Assembly (NCBI GenBank): GCA_021790335.1
Contig: JAJYEE010000010.1
Coordinates: forward strand, 1,715-65,714
Direction: 5' to 3'
Origin: Pseudomonadota bacterium
GTDB taxonomy: Bacteria; Pseudomonadota; Gammaproteobacteria; Acidiferrobacterales; UBA6901
Length of the DNA stretch: 64,000 nt
Shown: in pieces, positions 56,001-62,675 of the stretch
How positions within the stretch are numbered: the stretch's first letter is position 1
Layout: the number at the start of each line of letters is the position of its first letter
Notes under the pieces: generated by a model
What the model was told of the DNA's origin: nothing
What the model saw: only the letters and a program-made list of their open reading frames with translations
The model's database searches: none
Translations under genes and position numbers: made by a program

Positions 56001-57363
56001 GGAACCGCACATGCAGTGGCGGTGGCGCCGTCCGGAACACGCGCCAACGCGGGCCAAGTCCGCGCGCAAGGAGCAAGGCCTGGGCCGCATCGCTGCGCAA
56101 ACGGGTGAGCTGCACACCCAGGGCCCGGCGCCGCTGGGCGCGGGCGACGCCGGGCGGCAGCCGCTCGGCGTCGATCATCTGGCCCAGCATGGCTGGCAGG
56201 TGGTCGAACAGGGCCGGTCCACCGTGAATTGCCCCTGGCCAGCGCCGAATGAGTTCAGCATTGCGAAAATCGGTGGTGCTGCGCAGTGTTTCGGCGTACT
56301 CATGCTGCAGTTCCGCGCGCGTGTAATCAGAACCCCTCTGGCGTATGCGCAATACCGCATCGGCGAAAGTCAGCGCACTGGTGACGGCCGGGGCGATGAA
56401 ATTCGGGTACGGCACCTCCTGTCCGAGGCCAAGACCACCGCCGCCAACGGCCAGTCCTGCACGTACCCACTCCGGCGTCTCGTCGATTCCCCCGGAGCGG
56501 ATTACCTTGGCACCGTAGGCGATCTGCTGCGCACCCGCGAGGTAGGATGTGATCACCGGAATGTTGCGCACACGTTCAAACAAATGCGGATGATCGGCAA
56601 CGCCGGCCTGGGCCAGCCGATCAAGCGGGAGCACCAGCCCCAGTGAAAGCGTGTCGTGGTTCGTATAAAGGAAAGCCGTCATGTTGAGTCGCACCGGGCG
56701 ACCGGCGAGCTGGCCGTTACGCAGCAGCCACTCCTGCGCCATGCCTTCGCCCGGCCCCAGCTCGAAGCGTTTCTCGATTTCCGGCGACGGCAGGCGGAAG
56801 AGTGCCTTGATGCCTTGGGCATAATGCGGAAGCTTCGTCCGTTCCAAGCCTTCGCGCGCCAGCAATCCGGCCGCGTCGCCTTCGGCGAGGAACACCACGG
56901 AAGCGTCCACCGGCCCGCGGTCGGTATCGACGCCCACCACACGGTCGCCGTGATACCGCAGACCTGTCGCCGTAGTGGCGGTAATCAGCGTGGCGCCGAA
57001 ATCAATGGCGCGGCTCGCCAGCCAGCGATCGAGCTTAGGGCGCAGAACGGTCCATGCTTCGCCGTAATCATTGCCGGCATGGGCCCGGGCCTCGAAGCCT
57101 GCGGCATTGATACCGTCATGCAGATACAGGCTGCGCGCGACGATGCGCCGCTCCTTCGGGGCTTGCTGCCACAGCTCTCGCCCCAGAACATCCTCGCGCA
57201 GCAGGCCGTCAGCGTGATAGACGCAGCCGGACCAGTTCTCCGCGCCTGCATACTCCGCGCCCTCGAGCACCATCACCGAAACACCCGCGCGAACCAGCCG
57301 CAGCGCTGCCGCGATCCCAGCGGGTCCAGCGCCTATGATGAGGACTTCGGGCGAGGAGGGCAT
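50044..57363 (-). CDS. giant 2439-aa fusion protein: FixC-like ETF:quinone oxidoreductase + FixX-like ferredoxin + degenerate ACAD-like module + acyl-CoA dehydrogenase + ETF-beta-like + ETF-alpha
   Basis: One uninterrupted ORF. Domains read from the translation:
- aa 1-395 (nt 56179..57363): FixC-like. LIIGAGPAGIAAAL and FLYTNHDTLSLGLV align with E. coli FixC FLYTNENTLSLGLV.
- aa 585-656 (nt 55396..55611): FixX-like. CPAEVY...ENCIKCESCR...FAYRVPG compares with E. coli FixX CPAGLY...GCLECGTCR...EFRYG.
- aa ~905-1048 (nt 54220..54651): ACAD C-terminal-like helical module lacking the catalytic Glu.
- aa ~1110-1715 (nt 52219..54036): ACAD with AFALTEPAAGSD, SKMWITNG and IYEGTNEVQR.
- aa ~1860-2060 (nt 51184..51786): ETF-beta-like. 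HVKVAAIAPRDTADALRRLQAAGAEVLHIA.
- aa ~2100-2425 (nt 50089..51066): ETF-alpha. GATRKV...QIGQTGVPVAPALLLALGVSGAPQHMGWIDPGAIVIAINRDPDASIF. Confidence 0.85.
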   Translation of the reverse strand: MPSSPEVLIIGAGPAGIAAALRLVRAGVSVMVLEGAEYAGAENWSGCVYHADGLLREDVLGRELWQQAPKERRIVARSLYLHDGINAAGFEARAHAGNDYGEAWTVLRPKLDRWLASRAIDFGATLITATTATGLRYHGDRVVGVDTDRGPVDASVVFLAEGDAAGLLAREGLERTKLPHYAQGIKALFRLPSPEIEKRFELGPGEGMAQEWLLRNGQLAGRPVRLNMTAFLYTNHDTLSLGLVLPLDRLAQAGVADHPHLFERVRNIPVITSYLAGAQQIAYGAKVIRSGGIDETPEWVRAGLAVGGGGLGLGQEVPYPNFIAPAVTSALTFADAVLRIRQRGSDYTRAELQHEYAETLRSTTDFRNAELIRRWPGAIHGGPALFDHLPAMLGQMIDAERLPPGVARAQRRRALGVQLTRLRSDAAQALLLARGLGPRWRVFRTAPPPLHVRFLVSRAGSAPVPVAVQDDPLLALAGQAIGHFYGRRLPAFADRVALVWRSMVRLPQALPRIAGLGLGALTGGASLLGDLAAYKACRLPLRELLLRPYHRYDDSTRSRLDWGEAHRSAASPTTWIAPLVRYRPDPRHVTVPLGLGAAAQQLRNVCPAEVYSLVGQLGGVASQHENCIKCESCRVTVPGVDWNRNSNHRFAYRVPGNTRSGPDSSVTSALELVSAEPLPLSVAERSIWQRLYQSLRARPAMVAGEWPRAWEKLLRAIPHNEQTRPKVARMDAWLQRHAYGWMETEVHALLEQARALPADGQGVRDNGTHALQRNQRVWERLKTDFPSERLKLLGHAPWELSDRRALRDWIVAARAHRAAAVEWLAGWSSALAWMAAGHYLAEAYAGHTITDVLAAPLWREEDGNSNWLPGVVERFVDLHGVSRSVGEVAAHGAGADAAQPVRRRVADDVSGFSATAEIAEMSVALALGQAAVLRRRALEYAATRVQFRGELRDSEGRESIAKFGVVKQMLAGVEYAYALLGLARRWCQREPERVLLLVRECMGPWMDGVPWLTGQIFGGMAYSEEDILAPRYRDAILFSQWPGSRALASEDPDFGMRLLAQTLPESDIDYVVADSLLQFASARRCLRTLRPLRAEPLRHKPLRPRLPLMWEAYRKFTYQSGGFLSGNLLAPDKLLVPEHFRRDPLLRRTRADVLRLLRRGFRSPRRGEPYGRYIDFLHGMPEGDIQLLREFNAFATVVPASLGGKGWSKAQYSVLTNLCMGEKDTATGLLIMASTSIGTMPVLLGRDKDLPRLRHEIDACLADASGWRELKEDLDRLIEMVERPEPKPLRRKLESLGGRVQRMFLFSGSTLKYLTRDFLELMRQTMQAAKAHDLGTFGDCLRRCRDSLPAVRARLRDEQQEIDARESAHERFLQFLACGQISAFALTEPAAGSDTGGIQARAVLREVQAHADDQGLYRFTVVGTEKPRCLLDARRLVFESRRAFFRMPDGSLASLDDSDWDLARNSGRRRICVGGHTYPYDDIGTVVVRNGKAFYRYWELSGSKMWITNGSIADRYCLYAQTATGETGFMLERRSEGLHIGPNENKLGQRASPTNELTLDRVRVSADQVIGFTGHGQVNALETLSVGRGGLVMSCATLAERVLREFLTVWQKDPALHAAAQAECDRLQTLAARLVGLMDRSDLQRGDFRIEAALSKYLASEGAHRILGWLERLYGPDAAAREQMLEKWRRDIRILNIYEGTNEVQRFLVLKDLPNLLREQAMQVADNAPLDAALQKFREFAAGRVAELGAGVWQNPDLQARWFPVVDWVAELYSWSALHERTRLLESHGDPVDRENIARLRASEASIAQHVQDVAGMVRSDFEQAEHGDTGPSDAGLALARAALAVPARVDDGPMAVGALSGEWATVLRSRFEPGPRGLEWAGWDTADLAVLDRLLLWSDRFPAMHVKVAAIAPRDTADALRRLQAAGAEVLHIAQPAGAAEMAGAASSILQAWPQVRRWAFGCGASSPRDRGFAANMGQLLGVDLVDGATALGDVAHGLWVEDAAWRRRFISDRRRIAFVWDPKPGGRAGRYGVRDWLVALRTDLPCAEAVGYPLPTAVRLPAPPPAADLPQRFADVGELAAWLRGRFNAGVVPDDPAATRLARLSLAGHNLWLTPADVLAGASRESALRALVGLDAGFGVLAWLPAGRIFPPVSLLLGQPGFAGLWQLPLHGAVLHAALADLLAEHIGVPHRIVLSAEHRALGAALAARLGVALFDEVIAVTSDVVTCSRDGYEADYPLPDAALLIIGRSCNAPPLAAPASLPLPVTPLPEAHLRSSALGRAQVRVATGGGLTTAKFIVDVGLGVTNESNYKELVPPLCAVLERLSGEAVELGATRKVTQELKLLPVDRQIGQTGVPVAPALLLALGVSGAPQHMGWIDPGAIVIAINRDPDASIFSWSHQNPGPHVIACVGDLEEWIPALVRFLGADGTLQSAGDD

Positions 57364-57840
57364 GTCTTCTTATTGTTCCGTATATGGATAGTTATAGCAA
57401 AGGCCAGCACGGTGAGCATCGGTGTCCTGCCCGCCGTGAGTCGCAAGCCGACCGGCGCGCTGCGGTCGTGCCTGCCGCAGGATGACGGGAGCACCGCCCC
57501 ACACCCGTTCATGATCACTGCCGGCAATGCGCGGCGGCCTGCAGGTAGGCCGGAAGCCGCCGCGAAAACACCAAGGCCTTGCCAGCACAAAACCTCGTGC
57601 GAGGTGGGTCATTGCCGTCCGGTTCATCCAGGCATGGCATGCTTTCCGGTCAGATGCACCAGGCACCACCCATCCTTAAATTCGCAAATTTGGCGCCGAC
57701 AAGGGACAGCGTGCGAAAAGCACAATAAAGGTCGCCCCGGGGAATCAGGTACGCGGATGACCGCAATCACGTCCGGGCATTCGCAGACATGATCAGCACA
57801 GCGCGTACCCTGTATCTGGCCGAACCCAAAGCACCGCAGC

Positions 57841-58392
57841 TCAACCGGAACCGGTCACCGGCCTCCCGGATGAAATCGCCGGACGCGGAGCGTGCGGCAG
57901 CAGATGCATCAGGAGTGCCTGCAGCCTCGGATTCAGCCAGTTCCTGCCGCCGACCAGGACATCGACCACGCGTCCGTGCGGATCAATGATGTAACTTGTC
58001 GGCAATCCGATCATCCCCCACTTCCTGCTGACGGTGGAATTGCGGTCCAACAGGACTGGGTATTTTATTTTCATTTGCTCCACAAAGGGCGCAACCGAGC
58101 TCCAATTCTCGCCGACATCAACGCCGAGAATCACGAATCCTCTGTTCTTGAGCTTTTCGTAGGTGCGCTCCATGGAAGGAATTTCCATGCGGCAGGGCGG
58201 ACACCATGTCGCCCAAAAATTCACGATAATGAGTTTGCCGCGATAATCCGAGAAATGCCGTATCTTGCCGTTAAGATCCTTGAGGGAGAAATTCGGAGCA
58301 AAGTGCCCCGGAGCGGCGGCTGAATTGGCATAGGCCAGCGGTACGGCGGTGAGCCAGGCGATAACTGCCGCAGCAACGAAGCGATTAATCAA
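57841..58392 (-). CDS. TlpA/redoxin-family periplasmic thiol:disulfide oxidoreductase (second copy)
   Basis: It has the active site NFWATWCPPCRMEIP. The likely start is TTG 58392 ((L/M)INRFVAAAVIAWLTAVPLAYA, a signal peptide), which overlaps the upstream stop (TTGA). The ORF track extends to 58476. Confidence 0.8.
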   Translation of the reverse strand: MINRFVAAAVIAWLTAVPLAYANSAAAPGHFAPNFSLKDLNGKIRHFSDYRGKLIIVNFWATWCPPCRMEIPSMERTYEKLKNRGFVILGVDVGENWSSVAPFVEQMKIKYPVLLDRNSTVSRKWGMIGLPTSYIIDPHGRVVDVLVGGRNWLNPRLQALLMHLLPHAPRPAISSGRPVTGSG

Positions 58393-59015
58393 GGCAATTT
58401 CCCCATCGATGGATGCGCCGCAGCGCATAGCACGCGGCGCACCGTTGTCTGCTTCGGCACGCCGTTGTCCGTCCAACGGATCCGCAGATCGAAGTGCCGG
58501 CCTGCACCAAGATTGGCGGTAATCATCCCCTGCAGCCAGTCGCCTGGGCCGAGCCGATCCACGGTCGGTAGCAAGGCATAGCGGAAGGCGATCTGCGCCG
58601 GGCGCGAGACCCGTTCCTCACGCCATTCTTTGCGCCAGTCGGCTTCAAGTCGCAGTGGCTGCTCATGGCCGCTGGTGATCACACGCCAATCGGCGAGATT
58701 GAACCGGATCATCGCGGAAGAGGACCGGTTCTTTACGACGACCGCCATGACACAGGCGTCGGCAATCTGCCGTGAAGCGGCGGGCGCGAAGCCGCGCCCC
58801 TGGAAAAACGCCTCGGTCAGGTCGATCGGCCGCTGGACGAGTTCGACCGCCAGTCCGTCGGGCTGGGCCTCCGACCACTCGGGTGGCGTCGATCGGGACT
58901 GCGGTCCGGAAGCGTTCGCTGCCGCCGTCCAGCCTGCAGCCAAAACCAGCGGCAGAACCATCCACGCCATGCTGCAGCGGTGCAAGCCGCGGTTTCCGCG
59001 CGATACAGTGGTCAT
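58389..59015 (-). CDS. hypothetical secreted protein (no family recognised)
   Basis: The ORF track gives 58389..59357, but its 5' third overlaps the ArsR gene. A plausible start is ATG 59015 (MTTVSRGNRGLHRCSMAWMVLPLVLAAGWTAAANA, Sec-type signal), or alternatively ATG 58970. The mature part is rich in Trp/Arg (WRKEWREERV, RIRWTDNG). I recognise no motif. Confidence 0.5.
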   Translation of the reverse strand: MTTVSRGNRGLHRCSMAWMVLPLVLAAGWTAAANASGPQSRSTPPEWSEAQPDGLAVELVQRPIDLTEAFFQGRGFAPAASRQIADACVMAVVVKNRSSSAMIRFNLADWRVITSGHEQPLRLEADWRKEWREERVSRPAQIAFRYALLPTVDRLGPGDWLQGMITANLGAGRHFDLRIRWTDNGVPKQTTVRRVLCAAAHPSMGKLP

Positions 59016-59094
59016 GCGCCCGGCGCGGCCAAAAAAAATCCGCGTGCGCCAGCCTCTTCGAACCCGGATGTCTTCATGGACAAAACATTTCCCG

Positions 59095-59769
59095 TCAGTC
59101 GCGGGAACCGGCGGTTTCGACTGGCAGTCCTGACTCGCGCCATTCGGGAAATCCATCCTGCAACCGTCGTGCCCGATACCCCGCCCGGCGCAGTCGCTCC
59201 ACCGCCTCGAATGCCAACACGCAGTGTGGACCCCGGCAGTAGGCGACGATCTCCTGATCCTGCGGCAGGTCCCGCAACCGATGCTCAAGATCCTTGATCG
59301 GCAGGTTGATGGCTCCCGGCACATGGCCCGAGGCGTACTCCTCCTGCGGGCGAACATCCATCACTGTCACCAGTCCGCGGCGCACCCGGTCGAGAAGCTC
59401 TGCCCGAGGAATCGGCTCCAGATCGTCCTTGACGGTCAGATAGCTGCGCACCAGGCGATCAACCTCGGCTAGGTGAGTTTCCGCGAGTTTGCGCATGCTT
59501 GCAAGCAGCCGGACGACCTCGTCGTCGGTAATGCAATAGAAAACGTGCTGTCCTTCCTTGTGGGCTTTCACGAGGCCGCTTTGGCGCAGTATCTGGAGAT
59601 GCTGCGAAGCGTTGGCCACGGAAATGTCTGTAAGTCTCGCCAACGCATCGACGGTGCGCTCTCCTTGGGCAAGATACTCGAGCAGCTCCAGACGATTGCC
59701 GTGACAGACAGCTTTGCCGATGCGTGCAATTTCGCGATAGAGCTGTTGCTTAAGCGAGGGGCTTGACAT
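59095..59769 (-). CDS. ArsR/SmtB-family transcriptional regulator fused to a rhodanese domain
   Basis: It has an N-terminal winged HTH (HGNRLELLEYLAQGERTVDALARLTDISVANASQHLQILRQSGLV...VFYCI) and a C-terminal rhodanese domain with the active-site loop YCRGPHC. Confidence 0.88.
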   Translation of the reverse strand: MSSPSLKQQLYREIARIGKAVCHGNRLELLEYLAQGERTVDALARLTDISVANASQHLQILRQSGLVKAHKEGQHVFYCITDDEVVRLLASMRKLAETHLAEVDRLVRSYLTVKDDLEPIPRAELLDRVRRGLVTVMDVRPQEEYASGHVPGAINLPIKDLEHRLRDLPQDQEIVAYCRGPHCVLAFEAVERLRRAGYRARRLQDGFPEWRESGLPVETAGSRD

Positions 59770-59785
59770 GGGAACCTCTGAAATA

Positions 59786-59813
59786 TAGTATTCAATTGAT
59801 TAATTGAATTATA
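59786..59813. promoter_or_regulatory. AT-rich inverted repeat in divergent promoter region (candidate ArsR-type operator)
   Basis: The sequence is tagtaTTCAATT-gatt-AATTGAAttata. The core is a perfect 7-4-7 palindrome, extendable to 12-4-12 with 10 of 12 positions matching. It lies 17 nt upstream of the ArsR-rhodanese start and 61 nt upstream of the divergent desaturase gene. Confidence 0.45.
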
Positions 59814-59873
59814 GCAGTACGGACTGATTTTTCCAAACGGGCGGTATATTTTCTACTATCGGTAGGGGGCATC

Positions 59874-60725
59874 ATGCTTCAAGCGGTCGTGCAGCACGCC
59901 ATGGTTCTGCGGTTAGCCATGTTTTTCGGGATCCTTATAGTCATGATCCTGCTGGAACTTGCCCTGCCGCGTCGTGTACTTTCCTTGCCCCGGCTGCGCC
60001 GCTGGGGGAGCAACCTCGGCGTCGTGTTCCTCAACAGTGCGTTGCTGCGCCTGCTGCTGCCGGTGGCTGCCACCGGATTTGCGCTGCTGGCGGCCGACCG
60101 CAGCTGGGGATTGTTCAACATCCTTGCCGTTCGTCCGTGGGTCGCCGTTCTTGCCTCGGTCATCCTGCTGGATTTTGCGATCTATCTCCAGCACATCATG
60201 TTCCATGCGGTTCCGGCGCTGTGGCGGCTGCACCGCATGCACCATGCCGATCTGGATTTCGACGTCACCACCGGCGCTCGGTTTCATCCGATCGAGATCC
60301 TGCTCTCGATGCTGATCAAGTTTGCGGTGATTGCACTTATCGGCGCTCCGGCGGCCGCCGTGGTGATTTTTGAAGTGGTGCTTAACGCCACGGCCATGTT
60401 CAATCATGGCAATGTGCGGCTGCCACTTGGCCTGGACCGGGTGCTGCGTCTGCTGATCGTCACGCCGGACATGCATCGGGTACACCATTCTATCGAAGAC
60501 CATGAGGCCAACAGCAATTTTGGCTTTAACCTCTCCCTGTGGGACAGGCTGCTTGGCACCTACAAGAATCAGCCCGACGCCGGTCACGACGGCATGACCA
60601 TCGGTATTCGCGATTACCGCGAGCCGAAACTCGTAAATGATCTGCCGGGCATGCTGATCCTGCCCTTTCTCGGGCGTATCCGTGGCTACGCCATCAACCG
60701 TCGCGAATGGAGCCGGCCGTCGTGA
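59874..60725 (+). CDS. fatty acid hydroxylase / sterol desaturase family membrane protein
   Basis: It is polytopic with histidine boxes (HIMFH, HRMHH, MHRVHHS), characteristic of the di-iron fatty acid hydroxylase superfamily. Confidence 0.85.
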   Translation: MLQAVVQHAMVLRLAMFFGILIVMILLELALPRRVLSLPRLRRWGSNLGVVFLNSALLRLLLPVAATGFALLAADRSWGLFNILAVRPWVAVLASVILLDFAIYLQHIMFHAVPALWRLHRMHHADLDFDVTTGARFHPIEILLSMLIKFAVIALIGAPAAAVVIFEVVLNATAMFNHGNVRLPLGLDRVLRLLIVTPDMHRVHHSIEDHEANSNFGFNLSLWDRLLGTYKNQPDAGHDGMTIGIRDYREPKLVNDLPGMLILPFLGRIRGYAINRREWSRPS

Positions 60726-61762
60726 AACGCCAGACAATCTCGCGCCTTGTGATATCCGCTGTGCTCGCCGTCGGGATCATCGCAGCGTTTTTCAATCGGG
60801 GCGGGCTCAACGCCGCCGCGCTGCAGGCACAGGTTGCCGGTGCCGGTGCCCTCGGGCCGCTTCTTTTCATCGCGGCCTATGCTGCCGCCACGGTGCTGTT
60901 CCTGCCGGGTGCGGTGATCACGCTGGCCGGTGGCGCACTTTTCGGTCCAGTGTGGGGCACCCTGTACAGTCTCACCGGCGCCACCGCAGGCGCCACGATT
61001 GCGTTCCTGGTTGCCCGCTACCTCGCGTCCGATTGGGCGCATCGCCGGGCTGGCGGCTGGACCAAGTCGATCATCGACGGCGTTGAAAGGGAGGGCTGGC
61101 GATTCATCGCATTCGTGCGGCTGGTACCGCTGTTTCCGTTTAACCTGCTCAATTATGCGTTGGGTCTCACCCGCATCCGGCTGCTCTCCTATATAGTCGG
61201 CTCCTTCATATTCATGCTGCCGGGCGCGTTCGCCTACACCTACCTTGGCTACGCGGGGCGCGAGGCGGCGGCGGGCGGCGGCGGTCTGGTCCGCAAGGGA
61301 CTGCTCGCGCTCTCCCTGCTTGCCATGGTCGCGTTCCTGCCAGGACTCATCAAGCGTGTGTGCCGCAAGCCCGGCACGGGCACCATTTCCAGCGACGAAC
61401 TCAAGAAGCGCCTTGAGGGCAATGAGGGCCTGGTGGTACTCGACGTACGCTCGCCCGCCGACTATACCGGTGAGCTGGGGCACATCGCCGGCTCGCTCAA
61501 CATCCCGCTCGCAGAACTGGCACATCGCCTGACCGAGATCGAACTGCAGCGTGGACATCCCCTTGCCGTCATATGCCGCACCAACCGTATGTCCGGCAAG
61601 GCGGTCGAACTGCTGCGGTCGGCGGGCTTCGCCCAGGCGCTGCTGGTAAGCGATGGGATGGCCGGGTGGAAGAGCCGGGGGTTCGATACTGTACGCGAAG
61701 TTACGGCCGTCGGTTCAGAGACACGTCCGGAAAGCACCGGCTCGTTGGCGAAATCGGACTAA
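60707..61762 (+). CDS. TVP38/TMEM64 (DedA-related) membrane protein fused to a C-terminal rhodanese domain
   Basis: It has the TVP38 core (LFLPGAVITLAGGALFGPVWGTLYSLTGATAGATIAFLVARYL...FRLVPLFPFNLLNYALG). The C-terminal rhodanese reads VVLDVRSPADYTGELGHIAGSLNIP...VICRTNRMSG, with a CRxxRxS active-site loop. It overlaps the upstream gene by 19 nt. Confidence 0.85.
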   Translation: MEPAVVKRQTISRLVISAVLAVGIIAAFFNRGGLNAAALQAQVAGAGALGPLLFIAAYAAATVLFLPGAVITLAGGALFGPVWGTLYSLTGATAGATIAFLVARYLASDWAHRRAGGWTKSIIDGVEREGWRFIAFVRLVPLFPFNLLNYALGLTRIRLLSYIVGSFIFMLPGAFAYTYLGYAGREAAAGGGGLVRKGLLALSLLAMVAFLPGLIKRVCRKPGTGTISSDELKKRLEGNEGLVVLDVRSPADYTGELGHIAGSLNIPLAELAHRLTEIELQRGHPLAVICRTNRMSGKAVELLRSAGFAQALLVSDGMAGWKSRGFDTVREVTAVGSETRPESTGSLAKSD

Positions 61763-61777
61763 GCGGATGGCGATGTC

Positions 61778-62593
61778 ATGTGCGAATTATTCGGATTAAG
61801 CAGTAATTCAGCGCTGCAGCCACGGGAGCTGCTCGGCCGGTTCGGAGCGCACGGCGGTGGCGTCGCCGACAACCCGGATGGCTGGGGCCTCGCCTGGGTC
61901 GAGGGCGCCTCGTTCCGCATCGAGAAGGAACCGCAGCCAGCCGCCAGCAGCGCCCGCTTTCGCGAGTTGTGTGCGCGCACACGCGCGCCACTGATTGTCG
62001 GGCACGTGCGCAAAGCCAACCCGCCGACGGCGAGGGTGGCGGCCAACACACATCCGTTCCGCCGCAGCTGCTGCGAGCGCGAGTGGGTGTTCGCGCACAA
62101 CGGCGTGATTCCCGAAGCCGCGATGCCCTCGGCATCGCATACCATCCCGGTGTGCGTGCCCGGCGGCGACACTGATTCCGAACATGCTTTCTGCGTGGTG
62201 CTCGATCGCATTGCCACGGCGTTTTCGGGATCACGGACGCACAACGGGGGCCAATGGCTCAATGCGCTTGCCGATGTCGCCGGAATGCTGGCGTCGCGCG
62301 GCCGCTTCAATTTTCTTATGTCCGATGGCGAACATCTCATCGCCTACGGCCATGACCGGCTGTGGAGCCTGGACAACGCGTCCGCCACCTGTTGCGAGGG
62401 CGCAACATCGGACATTGCCGTGATCGCCACCGAGCCGCTCACCGAGACAGATGTTTGGTCACCCTTCAGACCAGGCGAGCTGCGGATCTATCTCGCCGGA
62501 CAGCAGATCGCGTGCTTCCTTACCAGACCGGTCGGTTTGGAACCGGAGTCCGGTGTGCCAGTGCCGGGCGGAATACCGCCGACGGCCTCATGA
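61778..62593 (+). CDS. class II (Ntn) glutamine amidotransferase, YafJ/EgtC-like
   Basis: It starts MCELFGLSS, with the nucleophile Cys directly after Met. It also has GWGLAW..., GHVRKAN...NTHPF and FAHNG motifs. Confidence 0.85.
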   Translation: MCELFGLSSNSALQPRELLGRFGAHGGGVADNPDGWGLAWVEGASFRIEKEPQPAASSARFRELCARTRAPLIVGHVRKANPPTARVAANTHPFRRSCCEREWVFAHNGVIPEAAMPSASHTIPVCVPGGDTDSEHAFCVVLDRIATAFSGSRTHNGGQWLNALADVAGMLASRGRFNFLMSDGEHLIAYGHDRLWSLDNASATCCEGATSDIAVIATEPLTETDVWSPFRPGELRIYLAGQQIACFLTRPVGLEPESGVPVPGGIPPTAS

Positions 62594-62675
62594 CCGACAA
62601 TCACATTAGGCGACACACACGTGCGGCCATGCACTAGATCTTTATCTGATTCAATTAAAAAAAGAGGCGGGTGGA

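Noticed and set aside
51370-57792. Several long plus-strand ORFs (487, 577, 408 and 378 aa) opposite the giant gene
   Set aside because: All are antisense to a frame with continuous, recognisable FixC/FixX/ACAD/ETF motifs. Their translations are low-complexity and Arg/Ala/Gly/Pro-rich. They are shadow ORFs.
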